A stretch of DNA of 64,000 nt from an uncultured Methylomirabilota bacterium (GCA_963705305.1 OY970067.1:2848001-2912000), one strand, 5' to 3'. Counted from the first letter of the stretch, positions 1 to 9,472 are shown. The notes: generated from the letters alone by a model not told the origin. Program-made: numbers and translations.

Positions 1-73
1 GCGTGAGGCCGTCGGCCAAGAAGACAACCAGCCCGGCGCGCGAGAGCCCGCCACGCCCCATTAGCGAACGCAC
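1..73 (-). CDS. Possible N-terminus of a membrane protein running off the window edge (weakly resembles the start of signal peptidase II)
   Basis: GTG at 73 gives MRSLMGRGGLSRAGLVVFLADGLT...; only 24 codons visible. Confidence 0.2.
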   Translation of the reverse strand, partial: MRSLMGRGGLSRAGLVVFLADGLT

Positions 74-268
74 ATCCCCCGGGGCGTCGTGGCCGCCGGT
101 CACGGGGCATCCCCAGCGCCGAGAATACAGCGAGGCCCCGGGCGCCCGGCAAACAGCCGCACCCAGAGCCTCGCAGACCGGAAAGCCGGAGCCTCCCGGA
201 TCTGTATTCCCTTTCCTCCGTCGTACATCGCCGATGCTATCAGAGAGCCAGCTCCGGCTCACATGGTC

Positions 269-463
269 TCAAGCACCGGTGCTCCAGTTCCCTGACTGGA
301 GCACCGCTCGCGTCCCCTCGTCGTAGGCCGGCTCGTCCGCATCGAAGAGCCCGGGAGTCCCCAGCCGAACGAGGAAGAGGCCCCCCGCCACTAGGAGCAG
401 CGCGAACAGGGTGGCGGCCCCTATCCGGGCGGCGGCAGTCGGACTGCCGGCTGGCCCGGTCAC
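269..463 (-). pseudogene. Truncated N-terminal fragment of an ArnT/PMT (GT39/83)-like glycosyltransferase
   Basis: TM helix then LFDADEPAYDEGTRAVLQSGNW (DExxY motif); stop after 64 aa where ~500 aa are expected. Confidence 0.6.
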
Positions 464-472
464 GAGCCTTCG

Positions 473-1045
473 TCACTGTGCCCGGTGCATCGTCCCTGCG
501 CAGGCATCCCGGACCAGGAACGGATTCGTCGCCTGGGCCAGGAGGAACGGGGGGGTGGCCGCCAGCAGGACGCGCGGGGTCCCGTCCTGCAGGCTGCCGC
601 TCTCACCCCCGCCCTGGTTGGGCGCCTGGTACTCGAAGAGCAGATCGAAGCGGACCTCCTGTCCCGTCGTCGGCAGCTCCATCTTGAAGGGGGCGGACTG
701 CATCGGGCTCAGCACCACGTTGGTCAGGACGTCGCGGGCTTCCGCGACGGTCCTGCCCCGGGCGTTGACGCCGATCACGGTGAACGCGAGCGAGCGGACC
801 TCCGGCTGCATGAGGTTGAAGGCCAGCCCCTGCAGCACGAGCGCCTGGGGCGTGGGCCGTGTACAGTTCCAGAAGACTTCTATGTCCGTGGTGGTTCGCT
901 GATGGGTGAACCCGGGCGGCGGGTAGGGGGCCTGCTCCGCGCCCGGCTGGGCGGGGCCGGGGACCCCGGCGCAGGCGGCCAGGCCGCCCGCCAGGAGGAC
1001 CAACAGCCCGAGGGGAATCCAGCGTCTCCGTCGCATCTTCGTCAC
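473..1045 (-). CDS. Hypothetical lipoprotein
   Basis: GGAGG RBS, basic N-terminus, hydrophobic stretch, lipobox LAAC. Confidence 0.75.
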   Translation of the reverse strand: MTKMRRRRWIPLGLLVLLAGGLAACAGVPGPAQPGAEQAPYPPPGFTHQRTTTDIEVFWNCTRPTPQALVLQGLAFNLMQPEVRSLAFTVIGVNARGRTVAEARDVLTNVVLSPMQSAPFKMELPTTGQEVRFDLLFEYQAPNQGGGESGSLQDGTPRVLLAATPPFLLAQATNPFLVRDACAGTMHRAQ

Positions 1046-1569
1046 CTCCTCTGGGGCCGTCGGCCCCTTCAGCCGGGCGTCTCTGGGGGGGGTGTCCCGG
1101 CCTCCCGGACAGCCGGGACATATCGGCAGGCCGCCCCCGCGATTCCACTGCTCAGCAGGGCTCCCGCCAAGATGTCAGAGGGAAAACGTGCCCCGGGAGA
1201 ATCCGCGACACCCCCCCCAGGACGGCCACGCCGAGAAAAACGGCCGCTTGCCGCGGGTCCCAGGCGGCCTTGGCGGCCTCTCGCCCCCCGCCGCTCCCCC
1301 TTCCCAGTACGCAGGGCGATTCACCGCCGTTTCGCAGGGGGGGCCGGGGCTCCCCCCGGGAGATAGAGAACGCGTATAATCGTGGACGCCGAAGGGGCCC
1401 GCCTGAAACAGGCCGGGGGAAGCGGGCGTACTGTGAGGGTACATGGGCTCTGGGAGGGCGGGGGAGCCCGGACGGACACGCCGCAGTGACGGCAAGCCAT
1501 GGACGGGCCCCGGACGTGGAAGGCGTGGTGGGCCAGAGCTGGGGAACGTCCGGTACCGGGAGGCAGGAC

Positions 1570-2733
1570 ATGTTCCGCAGCCAGCGGGAAGCCCGCAGGT
1601 CACATGGCACCTTCCCCCTGAGTCATCTCCTCCTGGTGGGTGCCCTGCTGGCCTGCGCCGGCGTGGCCCATGCCGAGGCTCCGAGCCGGGCCGCGGCAGG
1701 CGAGTGCACGGTCTCGCTCCCCGAGATCTACAACCGGGTGTCCCCCGCGGTGGTCCGGATTACCTCCTCGGCAATCAACCCGTACAACGTCGCCAATCGG
1801 GTGAGCCGGGCCATCGGGTCGGGGGTGATCATCGATCCCGGTGGCCTCGTCCTCACGAACGCCCACGTCGTCTTCGGCCGCCAGGCGATCACGGCGACCC
1901 TGGATGACGGCACCACCATCCCGGCCGAGGTGATCGGGAGCGACCCCCTCTTCGACATCGCCGTCCTCCGAATCCCGCAACCGGCCGCCGGCACCCTGCC
2001 GGTGGCGGTGGCCGGGAGCTCCGGCCGCCTGCGCGTGGGGGAGGAGGTGGTGGCGATCGGGAATCCGCTGGGCTTGGACCAGACCATGACGCACGGGGTG
2101 GTCTCGGCCATCAACCGGGTGCTGCCCGAGATGTCCCTTGTCGGGATGGAGCCGCTGATTCAAACGGACGCGCCGATCAACCCCGGGAACTCCGGCGGCC
2201 CCCTGGTGAACCGTTGCGGGGAGGTCGTGGGGCTCACGGCCGCCTTCCTCTCCGATGCCCAGAACATCGGCTTCGCCATTCCCATCGACCTCGTGAAGGG
2301 TGTCCTCCCGGCGCTGCTCACAACGGGGCGGATCATCCGCCCGTGGCTCGGGATCCAGGGACAACTGGTGGCGCCGGCCCTGAAAGCCCTCCTGCGCGTG
2401 CCCCTGGCGCCGGGATTCCTGGTCGAGGTTGTGGAGCCGGGGAGCCCCGCCGAGCAGGCCGGGATCCGGGGCGGGCAGCTGGATGTCATCATCGGCACTC
2501 AGGAGTTCCTCCTGGGCGGCGACATCATCACCCGGGTCAACGGGCAGCCGGTGGATACGCCCGAACGGCTCACGCACGTGCTGCACGGCTGGCAGGTGGG
2601 GGACACGCTTCACCTAGAGCTGGCGCGAGACGGCCAGCCCCTGGAGCTGACGCTGCTGCTCGTCGAGCGGCCGATTCTCCCCCAAGACATTCACCCCGAC
2701 GGCTCCATGGCGCGGACGTCACGCCGGCCGTGA
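1570..2733 (+). CDS. HtrA/DegS-like S1C serine protease with one PDZ domain
   Basis: Signal peptide; TNAHVV, DIAVL, INPGNSGGPL triad motifs; C-terminal PDZ; start chosen at ATG 1570. Confidence 0.9.
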   Translation: MFRSQREARRSHGTFPLSHLLLVGALLACAGVAHAEAPSRAAAGECTVSLPEIYNRVSPAVVRITSSAINPYNVANRVSRAIGSGVIIDPGGLVLTNAHVVFGRQAITATLDDGTTIPAEVIGSDPLFDIAVLRIPQPAAGTLPVAVAGSSGRLRVGEEVVAIGNPLGLDQTMTHGVVSAINRVLPEMSLVGMEPLIQTDAPINPGNSGGPLVNRCGEVVGLTAAFLSDAQNIGFAIPIDLVKGVLPALLTTGRIIRPWLGIQGQLVAPALKALLRVPLAPGFLVEVVEPGSPAEQAGIRGGQLDVIIGTQEFLLGGDIITRVNGQPVDTPERLTHVLHGWQVGDTLHLELARDGQPLELTLLLVERPILPQDIHPDGSMARTSRRP

Positions 2734-2860
2734 GGAGGACGCGGCGGGGAGCGGCCTGGTGAACCGCTCACGCGGGAGCGCGGCGACGATTGATGGCGGC
2801 GCGCCGCGGGCTCGGGCAATCCGAGCTGGCGGGCGGGAGCGCCTTCGAGGAGGGTTGTGC

Positions 2861-3355
2861 ATGGCGGATCGAAGATCCTTGCGGGGGATTCTTCTGGCAG
2901 TGGGCCTGGTGGTCGGCGCCGGAGGGCTCGGCGCACCCGGGGCCGCCGCGGCTCAACCGGCGCCCGAAAAGCCGGTGATCTATAATTGGAGCCTGGAGCC
3001 GGGGGCCGTCTTGGATGAGATCATGCACCAGACCTATGACGCCGCCTTCCAGGTGGTGGACTTCACGGATCGCGATCACATCTACGTCCCGCCCCACCTG
3101 ACCGCAGAGACCGCACCCATCGCCCCCGTGGATGCCAGCGGCCGGCTGATCGAGGGGAAGGTGGTCGTGTTCTTCATTATCACGGCGGCCGGGCGGGTCG
3201 CGCACCCCGTCATTCTCAGGTCCAGCGACCCGCGCCTGAGCGCGGCGGTGCTGAAGGCGCTGGCGCACCGGGTGTATGAGCCTGCCTGGATCGATGGCCG
3301 AAATGTGGCCATGGCCACCGGGGAGGAGGTTGGCCTCCCTCCGTCGGAGTTATGA
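2861..3355 (+). CDS. Secreted protein with TonB C-terminal-like domain
   Basis: Signal peptide; IEGKVVVFFIITAAGRV...SSDPRLSAAVLKAL...YEPAWIDG pattern. Confidence 0.65.
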   Translation: MADRRSLRGILLAVGLVVGAGGLGAPGAAAAQPAPEKPVIYNWSLEPGAVLDEIMHQTYDAAFQVVDFTDRDHIYVPPHLTAETAPIAPVDASGRLIEGKVVVFFIITAAGRVAHPVILRSSDPRLSAAVLKALAHRVYEPAWIDGRNVAMATGEEVGLPPSEL

Positions 3356-3547
3356 AACGGGCCGGTCCGGACGCCTCGCGGCAAGGAGGCCCGCCGGGGA
3401 AGCGGGGCTGAACTGAACGCTGGCCTACTGGCTATGGGGATTGTGTCGGACCCGCGGGGCCGTGGGAGGGGGTTTCTGAGTACAAACTACAGGGACAGCT
3501 GCTGGGAGGGACCGAGCGGGACACCCAGGCATCCAGCGCACATTCAG

Positions 3548-3605
3548 GGTGCCGGGGGAGGGACTCGCACCCTCGTGGGTCTCTCGGGCGGGCACTTCGA
3601 GCCAC
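3548..3605 (-). pseudogene. Degenerate 3' half of a tRNA-Leu-like gene (att-site remnant)
   Basis: Minus strand ...GAGGG-TGCGAGT-CCCTC-CCCCGGC-A-CCC: intact T stem, T loop one mismatch from TTCGAGT, acceptor 3' strand with discriminator A; no matching 5' half. Confidence 0.55.
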
Positions 3606-3688
3606 GCTCATGCAGATCGGTCCGAGGTCACGGACGCCATTGTACGGGTCAAGCAGCGCCAGGAACTCAGCGGTCAAGAGAGAGTGGC

Positions 3689-4267
3689 TCACGAGCTTGC
3701 ACCAGTGCTGGACAGCCCTCCGGGACTTCCGGGGCGTCGGAGGGGCCAACTCGCACCAGTTCTCTTCTGTTGCGAGTTGTGGAGGAGCTGGGTGAGGGCA
3801 TTGGCCGCCCGCAGCTTGTCCTCCTTGGTGACCCTGGCGTCGATCGTGGTCGCCTTGATGCTCGCGTGCACCACTTACTCCTGGACGACCGCCAGGTCGT
3901 TCCCGCTGGCCCGGTCCAGGTGGGTGGCGTAGGTGTGCCGACAACTGTGAGTGGCGTACCGGGGATCCAGCCCCACGGCCGCCATGAGGCCTTTCACCAC
4001 CCGCCAGACCCCCTTCCGGGTGAGGGGCCCCCGCTGGCCGAGGAAGACCGGGGCCTCCTCGGACACATTCTCCCCAAGGTCCCGCTTCCAGGTCAGGAAG
4101 GCTTTCAGGTGCGTCTTGAGGTCCGGGGGGATGAAGACCTCCCGCTGCTTGTTCCCCTTGCCCTGGCGGACCGCCAGTGAGGCCTGGCCGTAGCCCAGGA
4201 GGCAGTCCCGGACTTGGGGGCCGGCCACCTCGGAGGCCCGGAGGCCGGAAGAGAGAAGGGGGTCGAG
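3689..4267 (-). pseudogene. Tyrosine recombinase pseudogene, C-terminal part
   Basis: GLRASE, GKG, HSCRHTYAT, HAS motifs; in-frame TAA at 3875-3877; expected catalytic Tyr reads Asp (TTIDAR); interrupted by IS at 4268. Confidence 0.85.
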
Positions 4268-4458
4268 TGGCCGCAACACCATAGACGTCGTCACCTTTCA
4301 CCACGACGGCAGTCGTCACCGTCAGTGATCGTTCATCCGGTGGTTCCCTTTCTCGAGAGGCCCGCCTAGGTTCGGTCCAACTTACCTCCCGGTATCCATC
4401 CTGAGCGGAAGCCCGGCCCATCGGGTACGGTGTCGCCTTCCATCTGGGAGGTGAATCG

Positions 4459-4785
4459 ATGCCCCGAGCTCCGCGGCGCCGACGGTGCCCCTTCTGTCAG
4501 ACTCTCTTCCGTCCGCATCCCCGCCTGGGGCCGCGGCAATGGACCTGCGGGGCGCCCGCCTGTCAGCAGCAGCGGCATGCCGCCAGCTGTCGGGCTTGGC
4601 GCCGCCGGAACCGTGCCGTGACCCGCACGCACTACCGGGACTACGTGCACCCGGCCCGGGCGCGGGCCGCGCCCACGCCGGTCTCCCCGCGCCAGGTGGC
4701 GAGCTTCCTGCGCGGCGTGCTCCCTGCGATGCGAGACGCGATTATGGCGCAAGGGCAACCCCCATGCGGGGTTCGGGCCCCCTAG
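4459..4785 (+). CDS. Small basic Cys4 (zinc-finger-like) protein inside the IS21 element
   Basis: GGAGGTG RBS; CPFC-x16-CGAPAC followed by an Arg-rich helix. Confidence 0.7.
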   Translation: MPRAPRRRRCPFCQTLFRPHPRLGPRQWTCGAPACQQQRHAASCRAWRRRNRAVTRTHYRDYVHPARARAAPTPVSPRQVASFLRGVLPAMRDAIMAQGQPPCGVRAP

Positions 4786-4956
4786 AATGCACCCCGGACG
4801 GCGCGAGACGCGATCTGGTCGGTTCGGGCTGGGTTCCCGCGGGGTTACACCCTCCTAACTGCATGAGGGCGCGAGACGCGATCTGGCGTCAAGCCCTGAT
4901 CCCACGGGCCCTTCGCCCCCGTTAGTGCGCCGCGGGAAGGTGATACGAGACGCGAT
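4731..4956 (+). repeat. Array of four exact CGAGACGCGAT repeats with ~70-bp period
   Basis: 11-mer at 4732, 4804, 4872, 4946 (spacing 72, 68, 74), separated by different 57-63 nt spacers. Confidence 0.9.
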
Positions 4957-5009
4957 AGGCGGATCGGGAGTTCGGTGGTACACCCGGGGCATCCGGAAGG
5001 AGGTGCCCC

Positions 5010-6509
5010 ATGCTGGCCGCCGCGATTCAAGCCGAGATCCTCCGGCTCCGCTATGCCGAGCGCTGGGGCTACAGCCAGATCGCTCGCCACCTCGGCATCC
5101 ACCGGGAGAGCGCCCGGAAGGTGGCGCTGCGCCGGAGCGTGGCCTTGGTGCCCGCGCCGCCGGCGCCGCGGACCACGGTGGTCACGCCGTTCCGGGCCCG
5201 CATCCAGGCGCTGCTCACCGAGGACCCGGCGCGCTCGGCGGTGACGATCTTCCAGGTGCTCCGGCAGGAGGGCTACCGGGGCGGCAGCAGCGCGCTGCGG
5301 GGCGCCGTGCGCCGGCTGCGGCCGAGTGCCGCGCCAGCTGCCATGGCCACGCTCAGCTTCGGCCGCGGGGAGGCCGCCCAGGTGGACTGGGGCGAGTTCG
5401 GCGACGTCTTCGGGATCGGCCGGGCCGTCCATGCCTTCGTGCTCGTCCTGTGCTACTCCCGGCTCTTGACCGTCACCTTCACCTTCAGCCAGACCCTCGA
5501 GGCGTTCCTGCGGTGCCACGAGGCTGCCTTCGCCTTCGTGGGCGGCTGCCCAAAGGAGTGCTGGTACGACAACCTGGCGACGGCGGTGGCCGAGCGGCAC
5601 GGGAAGCTCGTCCGCTTCCACCCGCGCTTCCTGGCGTACGCCGGCCACCACCGCTTCCGGCCGGTGGCCTGCAACGTGGGCAAAGGGAACGAGAAGGGGC
5701 GGGTCGAGGACGCCATCAAGTACCTCCGGACGAACTTCTGGCCGGGGCGGACCTTCCGCGATCTCGCCGATCTGAACACGCAGGCCCAGGCGTGGCGGGA
5801 CACGATCGCGAACCAGCGCGAGCACCGCGTGACCCGGAAGATCCCCGCGCTCCTCGTCGCCGAGGAGCGGCCGGCCTTGCTCCCACTGGGGGAGCCGTAC
5901 GACACGGACGAGGTGCGGAGCGTGGTGGTGCCGCCGAGCTTCCGCGTGGCCTTCGACGGGAACCGGTACTCGGTCCCCTGGCGCTTGGTGGGGAAGCCGC
6001 TCACGCTGCGAGCGGATGCGGACACGGTGACCCTCTGGTATGGCACCCATCGCGTGGCGCGGCATGGCCGCTGCTGGCGGCGCGGGGTGGAGGTGGTGCT
6101 CCCGGCCCACGCCGACGGGCTCCTGGCCACCAAGCCCGGTGCGCAGGCCCACTGGCAGGTCGAGGCCGTGCAGGCGCTGGGGCCCGCGGCCCGGCAGTAC
6201 CTGGAACTCATCCGGGCGGGGACGCGCTCGCTCCGGACGGAGTTGGACCACCTGCTGCTCCTCACGACCCTCTATGGCCCGGCCGCGGTGGAAGCCGCGC
6301 TCGCCGCGTGCCTCGCCCAGGCCATCGTCGGGAGCCACCAGGTCGAGCAGTGGCTCCGGCTCCAGGACACGCCGCCCGTGGCGCCGCCCCCACTCACGCT
6401 CGGGGATCCCCGATTGAGCGTGCCGCCGGTGCGCCCCAACCTGCAGCGGTACGATGCCCTGCTCCTCGACGCCGATCCGGAGGACCATGATGGCAACCCC
6501 GACGCTTGA
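5010..6509 (+). CDS. istA: IS21-family DDE transposase
   Basis: N-terminal HTH, GEAAQVDWG, YDN, KGRVE motifs, DGNRYSVP; AAGGAGG RBS. Confidence 0.95.
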   Translation: MLAAAIQAEILRLRYAERWGYSQIARHLGIHRESARKVALRRSVALVPAPPAPRTTVVTPFRARIQALLTEDPARSAVTIFQVLRQEGYRGGSSALRGAVRRLRPSAAPAAMATLSFGRGEAAQVDWGEFGDVFGIGRAVHAFVLVLCYSRLLTVTFTFSQTLEAFLRCHEAAFAFVGGCPKECWYDNLATAVAERHGKLVRFHPRFLAYAGHHRFRPVACNVGKGNEKGRVEDAIKYLRTNFWPGRTFRDLADLNTQAQAWRDTIANQREHRVTRKIPALLVAEERPALLPLGEPYDTDEVRSVVVPPSFRVAFDGNRYSVPWRLVGKPLTLRADADTVTLWYGTHRVARHGRCWRRGVEVVLPAHADGLLATKPGAQAHWQVEAVQALGPAARQYLELIRAGTRSLRTELDHLLLLTTLYGPAAVEAALAACLAQAIVGSHQVEQWLRLQDTPPVAPPPLTLGDPRLSVPPVRPNLQRYDALLLDADPEDHDGNPDA

Positions 6510-7257
6510 GGAGAAGCTGACCCAGCTCCAGCTCATGAGTGCCCCCGCGTTCCTCGCCGCGTGGGGCGAGCGGCATCCCGCCGAACGCGCGGCAGTCCGC
6601 GCGGTGCTCGAGGGGCTCGTCGATCGGGAGCTCACGCGGCGGAGCGAGCAGAAGGTGGCGGCGCGGATCAGGGCCGCGCGCTTCGTCCAGCTGCAGACGG
6701 CAGACACGTTCAACTTCGAGTACAGCGTCGCCACCCGGAAGCTCCGGAGTCGCTACCTGAACCTCTTGGCCACCGACCTCGTGGTCGAGGGGATCGGGGC
6801 GCTGTTCGTCGGGGGGAGTGGCTTGGGGAAGACGCATCTCGCCCGGGCCTTGGGCTATGCCCAGTGCCAACGCGGGCAGAGCGTCCTGTTCACGTCGCTC
6901 GCCGCCATGGTGAACCACCTGAGCGCGGCGGAGGCGACGAAGACCTTGCACCGGGCGCTCAAGACGTACCAGAGCCCCGGGTTGCTGGAGATCGACGAGG
7001 TCGGGTACGTCAGCCTGCGCCAGCCGGAGAGCCACCTCGTGTTCCAGGTGATCTCCGTCCGGCATGACCGGCGGAAGCCAACGGTGGTCACCACGAATCG
7101 CACGTTTGGCGAGTGGAATCAGATCTTCGCCGACGACGCCGTGGCGCACGCCATCCTGGACCGGCTCGCGGAGCGGGCCGAGGTCTTCCACCTGGAAGGG
7201 ACGAGCTATCGCGAGACCCACCGCCGCCCCGCGCCGAAGGTCGCGACACCTTCGTAG
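6487..7257 (+). CDS. istB: IS21-family AAA+ helper ATPase
   Basis: Walker A GGSGLGKTHLA, Walker B IDEVGY, TTN, AILDRL, GTSYR; overlaps istA. Confidence 0.95.
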   Translation: MMATPTLEEKLTQLQLMSAPAFLAAWGERHPAERAAVRAVLEGLVDRELTRRSEQKVAARIRAARFVQLQTADTFNFEYSVATRKLRSRYLNLLATDLVVEGIGALFVGGSGLGKTHLARALGYAQCQRGQSVLFTSLAAMVNHLSAAEATKTLHRALKTYQSPGLLEIDEVGYVSLRQPESHLVFQVISVRHDRRKPTVVTTNRTFGEWNQIFADDAVAHAILDRLAERAEVFHLEGTSYRETHRRPAPKVATPS

Positions 7258-7420
7258 TCGGGGTCCGCTGCCCGCGTCTCCCTGCGACGGGCGTGTTGGC
7301 GCCTCAAATCTCCCGCGCCTGCGCACCCGTCTGCCTCGCGCCTCACAGTGCCGGGATCCATCGTGGCGCTGCCGGTGCCCTTCCCGCCGAAAAGCGACGA
7401 TCTCGATGGTGGCGCCTCCA

Positions 7421-7559
7421 GTCGAGCAGGCCCCAGGACCGGATCGGCCCTGTAGTGCCCTGCTGGCGGGCCTGGGTTGCCCGAGATTCGGCGAACCGGC
7501 GGAGGCGGGTCAGGTTCCTCCGCGGTCAGAGAACGGATCTCGTGCTGGACGGTAGGCAT
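7421..7559 (-). pseudogene. Tyrosine recombinase pseudogene, N-terminal part
   Basis: AAGGAG RBS; MPTVQHEIRSLTAEE / frameshift near 7514 / LTRLRRFAESR...WGLLD joins PLLSSGLRASE once the IS and one target copy are removed. Confidence 0.75.
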
Positions 7560-8116
7560 GAGCGCATCTCCTTGCATCGCAGCTGACCCGACCGCCGCCG
7601 GCCGCGCGCCAGGGTGAAGCTCATTCCCCGGGACCCCCGGAGCGGCTACATGCGCCACCCCGAGGCGATCGGGCGTCAGGCCAGAGTGTTCGCTGGGCGG
7701 CCTCGGGCAGAGCGGGCGGTCCGGAGGCGGTCTGCCGCCGCGCGCCGTTGCTCCACGGTCCCCGCCCGACCGGGCCCTGGCCGGCGCACTCGGATCGCGG
7801 GGAGGGGAACCACCCAGAAGGCCGAGGTCGCCTTCCCGTCGCGGCCCAGCGGCTCTCCTCTCCCGTTTTGCCTTCCAGTTGCGCGGGGACTGCGCCGCCG
7901 TTCATCAGGGTGCTAACCCCACTCCGGAAAAATCTCACCGCCACGTCGCCAAGAATGCCATGGTTGAAATGGACGGATCACCCAGGGACCGGACGGCGGC
8001 GAGTTCCCTGGGGGCGTCTCGGAGCACGGAGGAAAGCCAGCTGAACGACTTGCATCGAGGAGCCTTGGCGCCATGGTGGTTCAAGCGTTTCTATGGTGCA
8101 GGGCTCATTTTTGATT

Positions 8117-8146
8117 TTGACAGGCCGGGTCACGTGTGATACCCAT
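8117..8146 (+). promoter_or_regulatory. Candidate sigma70 promoter for the lysA operon
   Basis: TTGACA at 8117-8122 after a T-rich tract; weak TGn-TACCCA -10 at 17-bp spacing. Confidence 0.4.
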
Positions 8147-8212
8147 TCCCCGAATTGGCCGGCATTCACGCCGCCGTTCCCCTCTCCCCATCGGGAAGAA
8201 AGGCGTTGCGGG

Positions 8213-9472
8213 ATGCACGAGTTTCGTTTTCGCGGTGACGCATTGCATTGCGAGGGGGTCCCCGTCGCGAAGATCGCGGCGGAGGTCGGCACCCCGGCCT
8301 ACGTGTACAGCCATGCGACCCTGACCCGCCATTTCCGGGTGTTCGACGAGGCCTTCGCGTCGGTCCCCCACCTGGTCTGCTTTGCCTTGAAGGCCAACGC
8401 CAACCTGGCCGTCCTGCGGCTGTTCGCCGGATTGGGCGGTGGCCTGGACGTGGTGTCAGCCGGCGAGCTGTTCCGGGGGCTCCGGGCGGGGGTTCCGCCC
8501 CAGCGCATCGTCTATGCCGGCGTCGGCAAATCGCGGGACGAGATCGCCTACGCCCTGAAGTCCGACATCCTCATGTTCAACGTGGAGTCGGAGCAGGAAC
8601 TGCGCCTGATCCACGAGGTGGCCTCCGGCATGGGGAGCACGGCCCGGGTAGCGCTGCGGGTGAACCCCGACGTGGATCCCAAGACCCACCCCTACATCTC
8701 CACGGGCCTGCGCCAGAGCAAGTTCGGGATCGCCATCGACCAGGCGGCGGACCTGTACGAGGCGGCCCGCCGCCTCCGGTCCCTGGAGGTGGTGGGGATC
8801 CATCAGCACATCGGATCGCAGATCACCAGCGTGCGCCCCTTCGTGGATGCCCTGGAGAAGACGGCCTCGCTGGTGCGGAGGCTGCGCGATCGGGGGACGC
8901 ACATCCGCTACGTCGACGTGGGCGGCGGGCTGGGGATCACTTACAAGGACGAAGAGCCGCCGCTTCCCGGCGACCTTGCGCGAGGCCTGCTGGAGATCGT
9001 GCGGGATCTGGGCGCCACGCTCCTCCTCGAGCCGGGGCGGGTGCTGGTCGGCAACGCCGGGATCCTGGTCACGCGGGTCCTGTACACCAAGGAGACGCCG
9101 GCCAAGAACTTCCTGGTGGTGGACGCCGGGATGAACGACCTGGCCCGGCCGAGCCTCTACGGCTCGTACCACGCCATCCAGCCGGTGCAGCGGACGGCCG
9201 GCCGGCCCGAGGTGACGGTGGACGTCGTGGGACCCATCTGCGAGTCTGGGGATTTCCTGGCCAAGGAGCGCCGGCTGCCGGCCTGCGAGCCCGGGGAGCT
9301 CCTGGCGGTGATGTCGGCCGGGGCCTACGGCCACACCATGTCCTCCAACTACAACGCACGGCCGCGGGCACCGGAGATTCTGGTGCGCGGGGACCGGTAC
9401 TACGTCGTGCGCGAGCGGGAGACGCTCGATGATCTGATCCACGGGGAGCACACTCTGGACGAGCTGGCGTGA
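8213..9472 (+). CDS. lysA: Diaminopimelate decarboxylase
   Basis: FALKAN (PLP Lys), HIGSQ, GGG, EPGR, CESGD, MSSNYN. Confidence 0.97.
   Translation: MHEFRFRGDALHCEGVPVAKIAAEVGTPAYVYSHATLTRHFRVFDEAFASVPHLVCFALKANANLAVLRLFAGLGGGLDVVSAGELFRGLRAGVPPQRIVYAGVGKSRDEIAYALKSDILMFNVESEQELRLIHEVASGMGSTARVALRVNPDVDPKTHPYISTGLRQSKFGIAIDQAADLYEAARRLRSLEVVGIHQHIGSQITSVRPFVDALEKTASLVRRLRDRGTHIRYVDVGGGLGITYKDEEPPLPGDLARGLLEIVRDLGATLLLEPGRVLVGNAGILVTRVLYTKETPAKNFLVVDAGMNDLARPSLYGSYHAIQPVQRTAGRPEVTVDVVGPICESGDFLAKERRLPACEPGELLAVMSAGAYGHTMSSNYNARPRAPEILVRGDRYYVVRERETLDDLIHGEHTLDELA

Larger units (their letters stand above)
4268..7420 (+). mobile_element. Complete IS21-family insertion sequence (3153 bp) with an extra ORF and repeat array
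   Basis: TG...CA ends; imperfect IRs TGG-N6-CACCAT-N5-TCGTC-N3-TTTC at both ends; GTCGAG duplicated at 4262-4267 and 7421-7426; istA and istB inside. Confidence 0.92.

Noticed and set aside
3548..3640. Functional tRNA gene
   Set aside because: No 5' acceptor strand or D arm, mutated T loop, ends ACCC rather than ACCA
4731..4956. CRISPR array call for the ~70-bp-period repeats
   Set aside because: The conserved core is only 11-12 bp, spacers are ~60 nt and partly similar to each other, and there are no cas genes; kept as an unexplained array
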